Assembly: GCA_045837725.1 (NCBI GenBank)
Contig: JBEWZL010000061.1
Span: forward strand, 1 to 64,000
Reading direction: 5' to 3'
Length of the DNA: 64,000 nucleotides
DNA from: Vermamoeba vermiformis
Lineage: Eukaryota
A program made the translations under genes and the position numbers. Positions 62,587 to 64,000 of this stretch are shown here, one piece after another. A model generated the notes under the pieces. It was not told the DNA's origin. It did no database searches and worked only from the letters and a program-made list of their open reading frames with translations. Position 1 is the stretch's first letter. Each line of letters starts with the position of its first letter.

Positions 62587-63529
62587 TTGTGTTATCGTGC
62601 TCGGAGTAAGTAAATTGAATTGAATTTAGTGAACGGTGACCTATTTATGGTGACATATTGCAATCTATAATGACACGTGAAGTTTTTTACCGGTAATCTC
62701 GATACGAGATTGTCAGTACTACGCAGATGTAATTCGAAAGAAATGCATTTCTCAACGTTAGCAGTCTTGTCCATTCACTGTGAGTATGATCGTCGCATAA
62801 TTTGCATCGTTAATATAACGATACTAATTTGTCGGGATATTTTAGTATACGTGATGCGGTACGGTAAGCAGAGAGCATGCACAGAAGACTACCAATTAGC
62901 CGAACAAAGTCTTGAAATTCATTTTAAGCTTTTACTTAACTAATTCTGAATCTTTGCTATCTACGCCATATTTTTTTTTTGGTAAAAAACAAGAGCCGGA
63001 AGCAGTTAATTTATGATTTTGCGTTTCTTTTATTGTAATTTACATTACATTAGTGCCCTCTTAAGGTCAAAGAGAACATTAGAATTCAACTTCGGAGAAT
63101 ACTTTCCGATCCGGAATCAATGCTTCAAATTGAATTGCTCACGGCGTCACTCACCGCGAGTTTATAAAATTGATGATTTAGAACGAGTGGGCTGATCATA
63201 TTACTGATTTTTTTTCATATTACGCTCAATCGGTGTATTCCGAAGTCCAAACTTTTCGACAGACCGTAGCTCAGTAATCTCCGTAGATTTTTAATCAATT
63301 CAATTGGACGAACACTACGTTTGTTATTAACTATCATATTACATCCTTGAATAGCGCTAACACAATTAGGCTGGACGGTCAACTTTCCGGCAATCAAGTA
63401 GACAACGAATTGATCACACGAACATTGGACCTTGTTGAACGAAGAAGTGAGGCCTACATTCGCAGTGATGAAGAAGGTCCAGGGATTAGCTATCACGTGT
63501 AAATTCGGGCGTTTACTGAACTGAAAGTT

Positions 63530-64000
63530 TTACACGAACACAAAAAGTACCACGAAGAGCAAAATAAGGCTGAATTGCACGACATTAGCACCGCTCACAT
63601 TGCCTGTGGGTATTTGAGGACACGTCACTGTTGCATTGCAATAGGCAACTGGACCAAAGCCCTTGTTGAACGAAAACTGTGCTTGCAATACCTTGTTATC
63701 CACGAGTCCGATGCCAGTGAGAGTTGTATCGACAGCACCACATTGAGGATTGTTGACAGTATACAGCGCTGAGATGTCGACTTGAGAGCAGTCGTTGACT
63801 TGTTCATCGTTGCAAGTCGCGCTGATTGGTTGAGTGAAGCAGCGAGGAGCAGCGTAGAATTGAAGGAGAGAGGACACAGGATTGACTGCAGCAATGATAA
63901 TGTCGTAGTCATTGGCGCCAATACCAAGTCCAAAGAATCCTTGGTTTGCAACAAAGTCGAGCATCGGTTCCCAAGCACCGATGTTAGTGCGAGTGAGCAC
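63530..64000 (-). CDS. Surface protein family copy 3 (3' part, truncated by window edge)
   Basis: LTRT..WEP.LD..GFFGLGIGAND; LYTVNNPQCGAV; FSFNKGFGPVAYCNATVTCP shared with copies 1 and 2. Confidence 0.85.
   Translation of the reverse strand: MLTRTNIGAWEPMLDFVANQGFFGLGIGANDYDIIIAAVNPVSSLLQFYAAPRCFTQPISATCNDEQVNDCSQVDISALYTVNNPQCGAVDTTLTGIGLVDNKVLQAQFSFNKGFGPVAYCNATVTCPQIPTGNVSGANVVQFSLILLFVVLFVFV

Noticed and set aside
63215-63496. ORF with YGLSKSL resembling a kinase DFG region
   Set aside because: No other kinase motifs; at most a decayed fragment.

Overview
This is eukaryotic nuclear DNA from a compact, intron-rich protist. An amoebozoan is my impression, but the taxon cannot be established from the sequence alone. 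Most introns are about 45-100 nt, with GTAAGT/GTACGT/GTATGT donors and CTAAC-like branch points, so the ORF track fragments most genes; I reconstructed about 28 protein genes by splicing by eye. All family assignments come from motif recognition, not database searches. Main observations: (1) a GREB1/base-J-glucosyltransferase-like gene with Myb-like N-terminus, circularly permuted SF2 ATPase with apparently intact motifs and TAGT-type glycosyltransferase, a candidate DNA base glycosylation enzyme; (2) a complete 5S rRNA gene nested in sense inside an intron of a Cet1-type mRNA-capping triphosphatase gene; (3) a protein fusing a Polycomb-like PHD-winged-helix module to an HP1-type chromo/chromo-shadow module; (4) a SET-domain protein with signal peptide and C-terminal KDEL; (5) a Fic AMPylase with a mitochondrial-type presequence, a serpin with an NLS-like tail and an H3 variant lacking the ARKS context at K27; (6) a right-hand block of intron-poor, bacterial-like secreted or GPI-anchored proteins and a tandem surface-protein family.
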